Origin: a virus
Strand: one strand, 5' to 3'
Length of the DNA stretch: 32,960 bases
Virus record (IMG/VR): IMGVR_UViG_3300045988_088052
The position numbers were made by a program, and so were the translations under genes. The first letter of the stretch is position 1, and every line of letters starts with the position of its first letter. Below the pieces are notes generated by a model. It worked only from the letters and a program-made list of their open reading frames with translations. It was not told the origin of the DNA and searched no databases. Shown in pieces: positions 7,147 through 14,410 of the stretch.

Positions 7147-7545
7147 TTAATTAAAAGGGAGGTCGTTAGGGTCTCCCTCGACTTCTTCAAATCCGCCCTG
7201 CTCACTCTCTGCGGGCTTTTCCTCTGCTTTTCCGGTAGATTTGCTTCCGCCGAAAAGGGCTTCCTCTGCGATAACCTCGGTGGCTGTGCGCTTATTGCCG
7301 TTCTTGTCCTCGTAGTTGCGAACTTCGATGCGCCCCACAATGGTGATAAGGTCGCCCTTGCCAAACCACTGGTTCACGAATTCCGCGGTCTTGCCCCATG
7401 CTACGATAGGGACGAAGTCAGTCTTTTCCCGGTCACGGCTGCGGCCTACGGCGATGGTAAAGCCGCATACGCTCTTACCGTTCTGGGTCTGTTTCAGCTC
7501 GGGGGCCTTGGTCAGCCGCCCATTAAGTATCGCTTTGTTCAGCAT
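7147..7545 (-). CDS. ssb: Single-stranded DNA-binding protein
   Basis: MLNKAILNGRLTKAPELKQTQNGKSVCGFTIAV...IVAWGKTAEF... is an OB-fold pattern, with an acidic C-terminal DLPF tail. ATG at 7545 follows GGAGGA. Confidence 0.9.
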   Translation of the reverse strand: MLNKAILNGRLTKAPELKQTQNGKSVCGFTIAVGRSRDREKTDFVPIVAWGKTAEFVNQWFGKGDLITIVGRIEVRNYEDKNGNKRTATEVIAEEALFGGSKSTGKAEEKPAESEQGGFEEVEGDPNDLPFN

Positions 7546-7886
7546 TCTGTTTCCTCCAAATAGTTCGTGTAAAATTCCTCCCGGAACATCGGGATCGTGA
7601 AATCGTAGTTGTCGATACAGGCTTGCTCGCCCAGCCGGTGCAGCCAATCCATCACCTCTGCACAGCCGTGTGCGTGTGCCAGGTGGCATGGCGTGTGGCA
7701 CAGGGAAACCCAAAGGCCCATGCGCTTGCTTTTGCTCCGCATGGCGTTGCCGAATATTTCGTGCCGGTCGAACTTTACGCCGGAGCGCTGGCACAAAAAG
7801 CACTTTGATGTGTCGGCCTGTACGATGCTCGGAGCGTAACCGTTTCGGTCAAGCTCTGCGCCCCATTCGTTTTTCATTTTCCCCAT
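7539..7886 (-). CDS. Putative HNH/Ref/NinG-like zinc-binding nuclease
   Basis: The motif is CFLCQRSG...DRHEIFGNAMR...LCHTPCHLAHAH. The family assignment is tentative. Confidence 0.35.
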   Translation of the reverse strand: MGKMKNEWGAELDRNGYAPSIVQADTSKCFLCQRSGVKFDRHEIFGNAMRSKSKRMGLWVSLCHTPCHLAHAHGCAEVMDWLHRLGEQACIDNYDFTIPMFREEFYTNYLEETEC

Positions 7887-8431
7887 TCCTCCTTTAGCAA
7901 GGCCAGCTCGGCCGGAGTGGCAACATCTATCCCTTGCTCTTTGCAGTCTGCGATGACGGCATCCAGCAGCCGGGACATCTGTTTGGTGTTGTAGGTGCTG
8001 CTGCCGTAGTACAGCCGGATCACCAGATGGTCACCGTCTGGCTCGTAGTCTACCTGTTCCGTTACCCAGCCAGTACCGAGCATTTCCCACGCTGTCCGGA
8101 CGGTCTTGGCGGCTTCCGGCTCGATATTGTGCACATCCTTCCAGATGCCAACCTCCTTAATGTACTTCCGGTACAGCTCCTCCTTAGTCAGCGGGGCCGC
8201 CTGGGTGGAGAGGGTAAAGGCCAGATCATCAAGGAGCGCCCAAAGGTACGAGTTGGCCGAAAGGCTCCTGCGCTCGTGGTGCTCCTTTAGTTCGGCGGCG
8301 TACATCTTGCCGGGCTTCATTTCATCAAGGAAAGCCTGGGCGGCTGCGGCATCTTTGGTATACAGGGTGATGCCGTAGCCGTTCCGGTCTCTTGTCCAGT
8401 CGGCAGAATCAAACCGGAGCCTTGTTTTCAT
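7874..8431 (-). CDS. NinB/Orf-like recombination mediator (tentative)
   Basis: RRSLSANSYLWALLDDLA resembles the lambda NinB RSLDQNRKLWACLGDV motif. ATG at 8431 is preferred over the ORF-track TTG at 8458. Confidence 0.45.
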   Translation of the reverse strand: MKTRLRFDSADWTRDRNGYGITLYTKDAAAAQAFLDEMKPGKMYAAELKEHHERRSLSANSYLWALLDDLAFTLSTQAAPLTKEELYRKYIKEVGIWKDVHNIEPEAAKTVRTAWEMLGTGWVTEQVDYEPDGDHLVIRLYYGSSTYNTKQMSRLLDAVIADCKEQGIDVATPAELALLKEEWGK

Positions 8432-9008
8432 TCTTCTCGGTCTCCTTTTCGGCGGCAAAGGCTTTCTTCTGGCAGTTGGTGCACAGCTTTCGGCCGAACC
8501 GCTGGACGCTGTAGGCGGCGATCTCGCTTACTGGCCAATACTCCCCGTTGCGCTTGTTGATACCGGTGATCTGCTGCCCGCAGTCGATGCAATACTCGGT
8601 AGGCTCCGGTTCTCTTTCTGCGCCCTCCGGTAAGTCCTCGCCAGCGTAGATATACAGGCCAAGGCCATGACGGGCACAGGCTTTTGTAAGGGAACGCTGG
8701 ATTGCCTTATTGGCATCGAATGAGGTAACATCACTGGCCGGGATTGAGCGGTTGCGGTTATCCATGACCGGCAGATACTCGATGTGCTCAATGCCGTTGA
8801 CGGTTACGCCAGTCTTAACCCAGCAGGTCTTACCGTCTGTGTGGTAAAACAGGCCGTTAGCATCCTCGTAGATGGTATAGGTGGCATCCGGGTGCAGCTT
8901 CTTGATTTCTCCCCAGGCCCATGCCCAGGAAAGGTATGTAAGGCCATTCTTCTTCTCTGTCTTGTCAGAGCAGTTGATGCTGTTCAATTCTCGAAAGTAG
9001 TTCTCCAT
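8409..9008 (-). CDS. Sak/Rad52-like single-strand annealing protein with C-terminal zinc ribbon
   Basis: The pattern NGLTYLSWAWAWGEIKKLHPDATY...AIQRSLTKACARHGLGLYIY matches the Sak/DUF1071 family. A C-terminal CIDCG...CTNC is appended. Confidence 0.65.
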   Translation of the reverse strand: MENYFRELNSINCSDKTEKKNGLTYLSWAWAWGEIKKLHPDATYTIYEDANGLFYHTDGKTCWVKTGVTVNGIEHIEYLPVMDNRNRSIPASDVTSFDANKAIQRSLTKACARHGLGLYIYAGEDLPEGAEREPEPTEYCIDCGQQITGINKRNGEYWPVSEIAAYSVQRFGRKLCTNCQKKAFAAEKETEKNENKAPV

Positions 9009-9017
9009 AGCTCCTCC

Positions 9018-9233
9018 TTAATATCTGTCTGGTTCTTCATCAAAGTACCTGTCAGCATCCGCATCGCTGGCGTCAAAACGCTTAACACAGTTTTCACAGC
9101 CAATGACCATTCCGTCCTTAATGTAAATTGTCTCGTTGATCTCGCAGCCGCACTCCGGGCAGATGTGCGGCTTATCATCGTAGTTATCCACCCAGCTCGG
9201 GATGGGCCTATCCGGGATATCGTATGGGTTCAT
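9018..9233 (-). CDS. Hypothetical zinc-ribbon protein (71 aa)
   Basis: CPECGC...CENC motifs with an acidic tail. Confidence 0.55.
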   Translation of the reverse strand: MNPYDIPDRPIPSWVDNYDDKPHICPECGCEINETIYIKDGMVIGCENCVKRFDASDADADRYFDEEPDRY

Positions 9234-10168
9234 GCTTCCACGACCTCCCCATTTTCCAGTTTGTAAAATACCCCAGGTTTTATAATCTCACCATCTACCT
9301 TTACAGCTCGCACCTCTTTAATTGGGAAAGTATCACCATTCCAGCCACACCTCTCGGTTAGGACGAGCCAGCATCCAATGGCGCCGGATGCCTTACTATC
9401 AACTCCGGTGACGATTGCAATAGACTCCTTCCCATCAACGGTGGCTGCGCTACGGTAGCCGGTGTTGGTGGCTGCACTACGGTCGCCGGTGTTGGTGGCT
9501 GCACTACAGCAGCCGGTGTTGGTGGCTGCACTACAGCAGCCGGTGTTGGTGGCTGCACTACAGCAGCCGGTGTTGGTGGCTGCGCTACGGTAGCCGGTGT
9601 TGGTGGCTGCACTACAGTCGCCGGTGTTGGTGGCTGCGCTACGGTAGCCGGTGTTGGTGGCTGCACTACGGTTGCCGGTGTTGGTGGCTGCACTACAGTC
9701 GCCGGTGTTGGTGGCTGCACTACGGTTGCCGGTGTTGGTGGCTGCACTACAGTCGCCGGTGTTGGTGGCTGCGCTACGGTAGCCGGTGTTGGTGGCTGCG
9801 CTACGGTAGCCGGTGTTGGTGGCTGCGCTATAGTTGCCAGTCTGAGTTTTGCTGCTCTCGGCTTTTTCTTTTATGTACTCAACCGCAGCTTTTACAATAC
9901 CAGCGATACCGATTTCCGCCCGGAGCTTTATTTTCGTTCCAGCTCGCTTGCTGTCACCTTCTTCTTCTTCGTCCGTCACACCATCGAGGTCAGCCACGAA
10001 AAACCGACTGTCGGCCGGTGCGTAATGGGCGAACACATCCAGCGGATACTCGCATCCATGGAAACCTTTATTGCATAGTTTCGCTTCCTCCTCCACATAT
10101 TCTTTGCCAAGATCGAATTTGAGGCCTCGGCATTTCATGTCCTTGTCGGTTCCCTTGTAGACGATCAC
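9230..10168 (-). CDS. Repeat protein: conserved N-domain, about 15 x 9-aa SAATNTGxx repeats, C-domain
   Basis: GTG start lies 7 nt after GGGGAGGG. The N-terminus (KCRGLKFDLGKEY...LCNKGFHGCEYPLDVFAHY) recurs in uncharacterised phage proteins, from memory. The central 135 aa are near-perfect nonapeptide repeats. Confidence 0.75.
   Translation of the reverse strand: MIVYKGTDKDMKCRGLKFDLGKEYVEEEAKLCNKGFHGCEYPLDVFAHYAPADSRFFVADLDGVTDEEEEGDSKRAGTKIKLRAEIGIAGIVKAAVEYIKEKAESSKTQTGNYSAATNTGYRSAATNTGYRSAATNTGDCSAATNTGNRSAATNTGDCSAATNTGNRSAATNTGYRSAATNTGDCSAATNTGYRSAATNTGCCSAATNTGCCSAATNTGCCSAATNTGDRSAATNTGYRSAATVDGKESIAIVTGVDSKASGAIGCWLVLTERCGWNGDTFPIKEVRAVKVDGEIIKPGVFYKLENGEVVEA
9434..9838. repeat. 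27-bp tandem repeat, about 15 units (coding)
   Basis: The minus-strand unit is GGC-[TAC/GAC/AAC/TGC]-[CGT/TGT]-AG[C/T]-GCAGCCACCAACACC. All other positions are invariant across units. Confidence 0.9.
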
Positions 10169-10539
10169 TTGACATCCCTCCCCTTATCGTGTATAGTTGT
10201 GGTGGTGGTTGGGTCTCCGTCTCTGACGGGGGCCTTTCTTTTTTTGTACTCCTCCTGCTGGCGGCGGATACAGCGCAGAACCCATGCTGTGAAGTTGCAG
10301 TAACCCATTTCGATAAGCTGCTGACGGAACTCCGCCATATTCACATAACCCAAAGGAATACGCACAGACAGCTTATAGTTTGCTTCCCGCTTCCTGCCGG
10401 GCTTGTCCGCTATCAGCGCTTCCGCTTCGGCGGTGCGCCGAACTCCGTAATACTCCGGTCGTTTGCACATACTGTCCAGCGGCTTTGTGTAGCCGGGGAA
10501 TACCTCCCGGATGGCCGCTATCCTCTCGTTCTGCTCCAT
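10165..10539 (-). CDS. Hypothetical protein (124 aa)
   Basis: ORF with ATG start, coupled to the downstream GTG (GTGA overlap). No family recognised. Confidence 0.55.
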   Translation of the reverse strand: MEQNERIAAIREVFPGYTKPLDSMCKRPEYYGVRRTAEAEALIADKPGRKREANYKLSVRIPLGYVNMAEFRQQLIEMGYCNFTAWVLRCIRRQQEEYKKRKAPVRDGDPTTTTTIHDKGRDVK

Positions 10540-10543
10540 GGCC

Positions 10544-10639
10544 TTACCTCACCAGCAGCAGAATAGCCGCTGCCACGAAGATGGTTCCCATGCCGAGGAC
10601 TACGGCCAAGGCTTCCCGCAGCCATTCCTTTTTACTCAT
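10544..10639 (-). CDS. Hypothetical 31-aa membrane peptide
   Basis: MSKKEWLREALAVVLGMGTIFVAAAILLLVR. ATG at 10639 follows GGAGG. Confidence 0.4.
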   Translation of the reverse strand: MSKKEWLREALAVVLGMGTIFVAAAILLLVR

Positions 10640-10865
10640 CTTCCTGTACCTCCTTCTGCGGAAGCTCCGGCAGGAATGCCCACCACTGAACTCCCAGAGC
10701 GGTTTCCACATAATCTCCGCTGACATTGAACATCTTGTGCTTTGTGCTGAACGGCAGGGTTGTGTATCTCCCCGGCATCGTCTGGCATAGATAATACCCG
10801 TCCTTGCTGGGTACGATCTCGTCCGAGTTAAACCACCGGATATGGACTCCTATTGTTGCTTCCAT
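10632..10865 (-). CDS. Hypothetical protein (77 aa)
   Basis: Internal ATG at 10865 (MEATIGVHIRWFNSDEIVPSKDGYYL...). No family recognised. Confidence 0.5.
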   Translation of the reverse strand: MEATIGVHIRWFNSDEIVPSKDGYYLCQTMPGRYTTLPFSTKHKMFNVSGDYVETALGVQWWAFLPELPQKEVQEDE

Positions 10866-11103
10866 GTTGTCCCTCCTTCTCCACCCCGTTTGGTGGGAAA
10901 AACTTCTTGACATCTTTTATGGGGATAAATAGTGCGTCGCAGACCTTATAGACTTCCTCCAATGTCCATGGGGTCTTGCAAATCATTCTGTCGCTGATCT
11001 GCTGGCGGCTCATACCTGTGCGCTTCCCAAGGCTTGTCTGGTCATGTCCGAGCTCCAGCATCAGTGCCCGCAGCCTGCGGTAGGTATCAACCTTCCTTGA
11101 CAT
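10828..11103 (-). CDS. HTH DNA-binding protein (early regulator)
   Basis: The HTH-like segment is LGHDQTSLGKRTGMSRQQISDRM. This is the second gene of the leftward early operon. Confidence 0.55.
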   Translation of the reverse strand: MSRKVDTYRRLRALMLELGHDQTSLGKRTGMSRQQISDRMICKTPWTLEEVYKVCDALFIPIKDVKKFFPPNGVEKEGQHGSNNRSPYPVV

Positions 11104-11299
11104 TGTCCTCCTCCCTTTCCTTAATAAGCTCGTCCAGAGCAGCGTTAAAGCGCTGTTCTGCGTCTTTGGGGCTGCGGCGGCCGTTTAGTATCGCACACAC
11201 ATACGCCTTTCCAACGCCGAGCTTTTCTCCAAGCTGTGCCATTGTGATTCTGTTGTTGTGCATCTTGCCGACCACATCGCCAGTCCATTGTGCAGGCAT
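11087..11299 (-). CDS. Cro-like HTH regulator (70 aa)
   Basis: The HTH-like segment is ITMAQLGEKLGVGKAYVCAILNG. This is the first gene leftward of the divergent switch region, with an AAAGGAG RBS. Confidence 0.6.
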   Translation of the reverse strand: MPAQWTGDVVGKMHNNRITMAQLGEKLGVGKAYVCAILNGRRSPKDAEQRFNAALDELIKEREEDNVKEG

Positions 11300-11317
11300 C
11301 TAAACTTTTCTCCTTTC

Positions 11318-11347
11318 TTTATATTTGTGTTGCAAAAGTTTACACAA
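11318..11347 (-). promoter_or_regulatory. Second, weaker leftward promoter candidate next to the cro-like gene
   Basis: On the minus strand, TTGTGT (11347..11342) is followed by an 18-nt spacer and TATAAA (11323..11318). Confidence 0.3.
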
Positions 11348-11358
11348 AGTGTTATCAT
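11330..11358 (+). promoter_or_regulatory. Candidate rightward promoter for the CI-like gene
   Basis: TTGCAA (11330..11335) is followed by a 17-nt spacer and TATCAT (11353..11358). Confidence 0.4.
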
Positions 11359-11430
11359 GTCCTTGCGAGGGATAATGAAGTATGGCACCTTGAGTGCCCG
11401 CTTTGCGTTGCGCTTGTTGCTTATGTTTTC

Positions 11431-11459
11431 ATTATAGTGTAAACATACGCAACAGTCAA
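11431..11459 (-). promoter_or_regulatory. Consensus-like sigma-70 promoter facing left (early lytic)
   Basis: On the minus strand, TTGACT (11459..11454) is followed by a 17-nt spacer and TATAAT (11436..11431). Confidence 0.5.
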
Positions 11460-11466
11460 GGCGGAA

Positions 11467-11841
11467 ATGTACCTTTTGTTTACTTTCTACTATTTGCACA
11501 AAAAGGGTGTGTTGCGTTTGTTTTATATTAACTATGTTGCTCTTTGTAATAAAATTGGGAAATCCCCATCCGCCGTTGCTGAAGAACTGGGTTTTATGCG
11601 TTCTGTAGTTACGCGATGGAGTAAGGGAACAATTCCAAGGCAGGCAACATTGCAAAAAGTTGCCGATTATTTCGGGGTAAGCGTCGAATATCTTTTGGGC
11701 AAAGAAAAACAGCCCGCCATATTTGGCGAGCTGTCGGGGCCTAAGAAAGCTCTGATTGATTTCGTAATGCCTCTATCAGATGAGGACGCTGAGACGGTTC
11801 TGCAGATAGCGCAAATTGCACTTGCTCGCAAAACCAAGTAA
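11467..11841 (+). CDS. CI-like XRE-family HTH repressor
   Basis: INYVALCNKIGKSPSAVAEELGFMRSVVTRWSKGTIPRQATLQKVADYFGVSVEYLLG is a classic XRE HTH. The true start is probably TTG at 11512 or 11518, after AAAAAGGG, rather than the ATG at 11467. Confidence 0.75.
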   Translation: MYLLFTFYYLHKKGVLRLFYINYVALCNKIGKSPSAVAEELGFMRSVVTRWSKGTIPRQATLQKVADYFGVSVEYLLGKEKQPAIFGELSGPKKALIDFVMPLSDEDAETVLQIAQIALARKTK

Positions 11842-12083
11842 ACTGTTCTTGGGTCATTTGTGAAATTGCCTTTAAGATTTCATACTTCTTCTCCATTGTG
11901 CTCCCTCCATTTTGTCGATTATTGTAAAATAAAAATCCTTCCAAATTCAACCGATATCTGCTACAATTCTATTGTAACAGGTCGCATTATCAATCTGTAC
12001 TGCCAAATTCGGCGGTTTCGGCGCAAAATCTGTCATGTTTTTCGGGCAAAAGTGTCCGGTAACAAAAAACAGGAGATGAGTTT

Positions 12084-12494
12084 GTGAATTCTGACGATGA
12101 AAGGAATTGGGATAACTTTTTATTGGAGGTAGCTGCAAAGCGGCAGGAGCAGGGCATGACACACAAGGACTTGGCTGACAACGCCGGGACGGTCGAAAGG
12201 ACGATCTCACGGCTGCTTTCAGAGCCGACCAAAAATCCGAGCCTTTTCCTCGTAGCTTCCATCTGTCAAGCGCTGCACATATCTCTCGATAAATATTTTG
12301 TTCGGGATGTCTATAACAAAGCCGACAGCCAGAGCAGCGAAGAAATGATAGAGGTGCTGAAAGAGCAGGTGCGCCAGCGCCGGAAGCTGTCCAACACGCT
12401 TTTCGCGGTTATTTTTGTCCTGCTGGCGATGATGATTTTATACCTCGTCCTAATCGATGCAAATAACCTTAACTACGGTTTAATTCGGGATTAA
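12084..12494 (+). CDS. Membrane-anchored XRE-type HTH protein (RodZ-like architecture)
   Basis: GTG start lies 8 nt after AGGAG. The HTH is QGMTHKDLADNAGTVERTISRLLS. A charged linker follows, then one C-terminal transmembrane helix (LFAVIFVLLAMMILYLVLI). Confidence 0.65.
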   Translation: MNSDDERNWDNFLLEVAAKRQEQGMTHKDLADNAGTVERTISRLLSEPTKNPSLFLVASICQALHISLDKYFVRDVYNKADSQSSEEMIEVLKEQVRQRRKLSNTLFAVIFVLLAMMILYLVLIDANNLNYGLIRD

Positions 12495-12565
12495 GAACAG
12501 ATGTTCTTTCCAAATATAATCGTACACCGTAAAGTGTACAATAATCAGTACTGGAGGAGACGACT

Positions 12566-13114
12566 ATGGAGGAAATGGAGAAAACAACACCAGAGATCAA
12601 GCCAAAGAAGAAAAAAACGATGGTAACAGCAATAATCCTAATTGTTATCATAATTGCAATCATCGGAGCGCTTGCCGGCGGAGAAAAGGATAAAGACAAA
12701 CAAGACAATCAGCAAAATCAGCAGCAACAGCAAGAGGAGCAAAACGCAGAAGTGGATATGTCCGTAGTCGCTTCGGCCATAAAAACTGTGCTTGATAAAA
12801 ATGCGGAGGGCACAGGGATTGAGTACTCTTTAGAATACGATGACACCGGTCTTGTTATAGCAGCAAAAGCGTCAGGAGTAGCTGCAGAAGTGGCGCAAGC
12901 AAAAGCGGACGGATACGACGATACATACGAGCCATGGGTAACAATGCGTGAAAGCATGGTTAAACTGTGCAATTCGATATCTGATGCTGTTGATACGCTT
13001 GGCGCAAAGGATAAATATGTAACAGTCACAGTGGTCAACGATGCCAATGAGGACAACACCCTCTTGACGATTATGAACGGCGTGGTTGTATACGATGTAA
13101 TGGCAGAAAAATAA
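12566..13114 (+). CDS. Type-II membrane / exported protein of unknown function (182 aa)
   Basis: GGAGGAG RBS. The order is a K-rich N-terminus, a transmembrane helix (MVTAIILIVIIIAIIGALAGG), a Q/D/K-rich linker (KDKDKQDNQQNQQQQQEEQ), and a domain of about 110 aa. Confidence 0.65.
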   Translation: MEEMEKTTPEIKPKKKKTMVTAIILIVIIIAIIGALAGGEKDKDKQDNQQNQQQQQEEQNAEVDMSVVASAIKTVLDKNAEGTGIEYSLEYDDTGLVIAAKASGVAAEVAQAKADGYDDTYEPWVTMRESMVKLCNSISDAVDTLGAKDKYVTVTVVNDANEDNTLLTIMNGVVVYDVMAEK

Positions 13115-13120
13115 AAAAAC

Positions 13121-13144
13121 ACCGCCCTCGTTGCCGGGGGCGGT
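13121..13144 (-). terminator. GC-rich hairpin with its U-tract on the minus strand
   Basis: ACCGCCC (13121..13127) pairs with GGGCGGT (13138..13144). The T-run (GTTTTTTTATTTTT) follows only in the minus orientation. Confidence 0.4.
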
Positions 13145-13164
13145 TGTCTATCAGGAGGAGAAAA

Positions 13165-14250
13165 ATGAAAGAAAGGACAAATACGGCAAAGTGGCTTGAG
13201 AAGCAGAACCGCTGGCAGATCGCCGTCCAGAAAGATGGCGTAAGAAAAACATTTACAAGCAGTCGGCCGGGAAGGGAAGGGCAGAGGGAAGCGAACCGAA
13301 AAGCAGATGACTGGCTGGCATCAGGCATCTGCGGGACGAAGCTGCACCTATCGGAGCTGCACGAAAGCTATATGGAGCAGCTTAAAATTCGGACTTCGCA
13401 ATCGAATTGGCGACCGCAGGAAAGCCGCTGGAAAACATGGATTGACCCAAGGATAGGCCACCTAAAGGCAGATGCACTTTGCGATGGGATTTTGCAAAAG
13501 GTTATCGACTATGCATACAATAACGGGAAATTGTCGAAGAAGTATCTGCAAAACATCCGTGCTGACATGGTTTCTTTCTGCAAATATTTGCGGAAAATGA
13601 AAGTAACCGGCTTTACCCCGGAAGACATAACAATTCCAAAGGGAGCCCCCGTTGGCGTTCGCAACATTTTGCAGCCGGAGGACATTGTGACACTTTTCTC
13701 CGTTGATACGACGATCTACAAGGGTAAATTGGTAAAAGACCCATATATAAATGCTTATCGCCTTGAGGTTTTGACCGGACTGCGGCCGGGGGAATTGCGC
13801 GGTATCATGCGAAACGATTTCAAACAAGGCAGATTGGAGGTAAGGCGGTCGATAAACGAGGATAATGAAATCACTACAGGCAAAAACGAAAATGCGATAC
13901 GCAGCGTTTATTTGGGCGAAATCGCAGAAGCGATTGTAAAAGATCAAGCATCCAAGTCAAACGGCCTGTATCTATTCCAAATGCCGACAACAGAAACCTA
14001 TCGCAAGTTTTTCCAAAGATATTGCAACGCAAACGGGATTCCGAAAACGACACCATACGAGCTGCGACACACTTTCGTTTCTCTTGCACAGTCCCTCCCG
14101 GAGGGATGGGTAAAGCAATTGGTCGGACACTCCAAGAGTATGGACACATTCGGGGTTTACGGTCACGCTGTGTCCGGGATGGATCGGCAAATAACCAGCG
14201 CACTTGATGGCGTGTTTACATCAATTCTTGGCCAGCAGGGAAAAAAGTGA
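13165..14250 (+). CDS. int: Tyrosine recombinase / phage integrase
   Basis: C-terminal catalytic motifs are present (GLRPGELRG..., ELRHTFVSLA, LVGHSKSMDTFGVYGH). ATG at 13165 follows GGAGGAG. Confidence 0.92.
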   Translation: MKERTNTAKWLEKQNRWQIAVQKDGVRKTFTSSRPGREGQREANRKADDWLASGICGTKLHLSELHESYMEQLKIRTSQSNWRPQESRWKTWIDPRIGHLKADALCDGILQKVIDYAYNNGKLSKKYLQNIRADMVSFCKYLRKMKVTGFTPEDITIPKGAPVGVRNILQPEDIVTLFSVDTTIYKGKLVKDPYINAYRLEVLTGLRPGELRGIMRNDFKQGRLEVRRSINEDNEITTGKNENAIRSVYLGEIAEAIVKDQASKSNGLYLFQMPTTETYRKFFQRYCNANGIPKTTPYELRHTFVSLAQSLPEGWVKQLVGHSKSMDTFGVYGHAVSGMDRQITSALDGVFTSILGQQGKK

Positions 14251-14280
14251 GTTATTTTGTGAGTTTTTTTGCAAAAGAAA

Positions 14281-14311
14281 AAAGCCAGTAACCCGCATGG
14301 TTACTGGCTTT
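14281..14311 (-). terminator. Perfect 12-bp hairpin terminator next to the tRNA-derived core
   Basis: AAAGCCAGTAAC pairs with GTTACTGGCTTT around a 7-nt loop. A/T runs lie on both sides, so it could work in either direction. Confidence 0.6.
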
Positions 14312-14316
14312 CTCGT

Positions 14317-14348
14317 TGGTGCGGAAGATGGGACTTGAACCCACACGC
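14317..14348 (-). other. tRNA 3'-end fragment (T-arm, acceptor 3' strand, ACCA): the attP core
   Basis: The reverse complement is GCGT GTGGG TTCAAGT CCCAT CTTCCGC A CCA. No D arm or anticodon arm lies upstream, so this is not a complete tRNA. Confidence 0.7.
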
Positions 14349-14410
14349 AAAATTATGTTATTGCCGTAAAGTGTAGGAATCAAGCGGTTTTTCCGGCTTT
14401 CATTCCGCTG

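Noticed and set aside
9358-9747. 129-aa ORF encoding PPTPATVVQ repeats
   Set aside because: It is an alternative-frame shadow of the 27-bp tandem array. It has no RBS, and the other frame (SAATNTG repeats) is continuous with conserved N- and C-terminal domains.
9434-9838. Possible CRISPR array
   Set aside because: The 27-bp units are directly adjacent with no spacers, lie inside a long ORF, and no cas genes are present.
14317-14380. A second complete tRNA gene
   Set aside because: Only the T-arm, acceptor 3' strand and CCA can be folded. The upstream sequence gives no D arm or anticodon arm.
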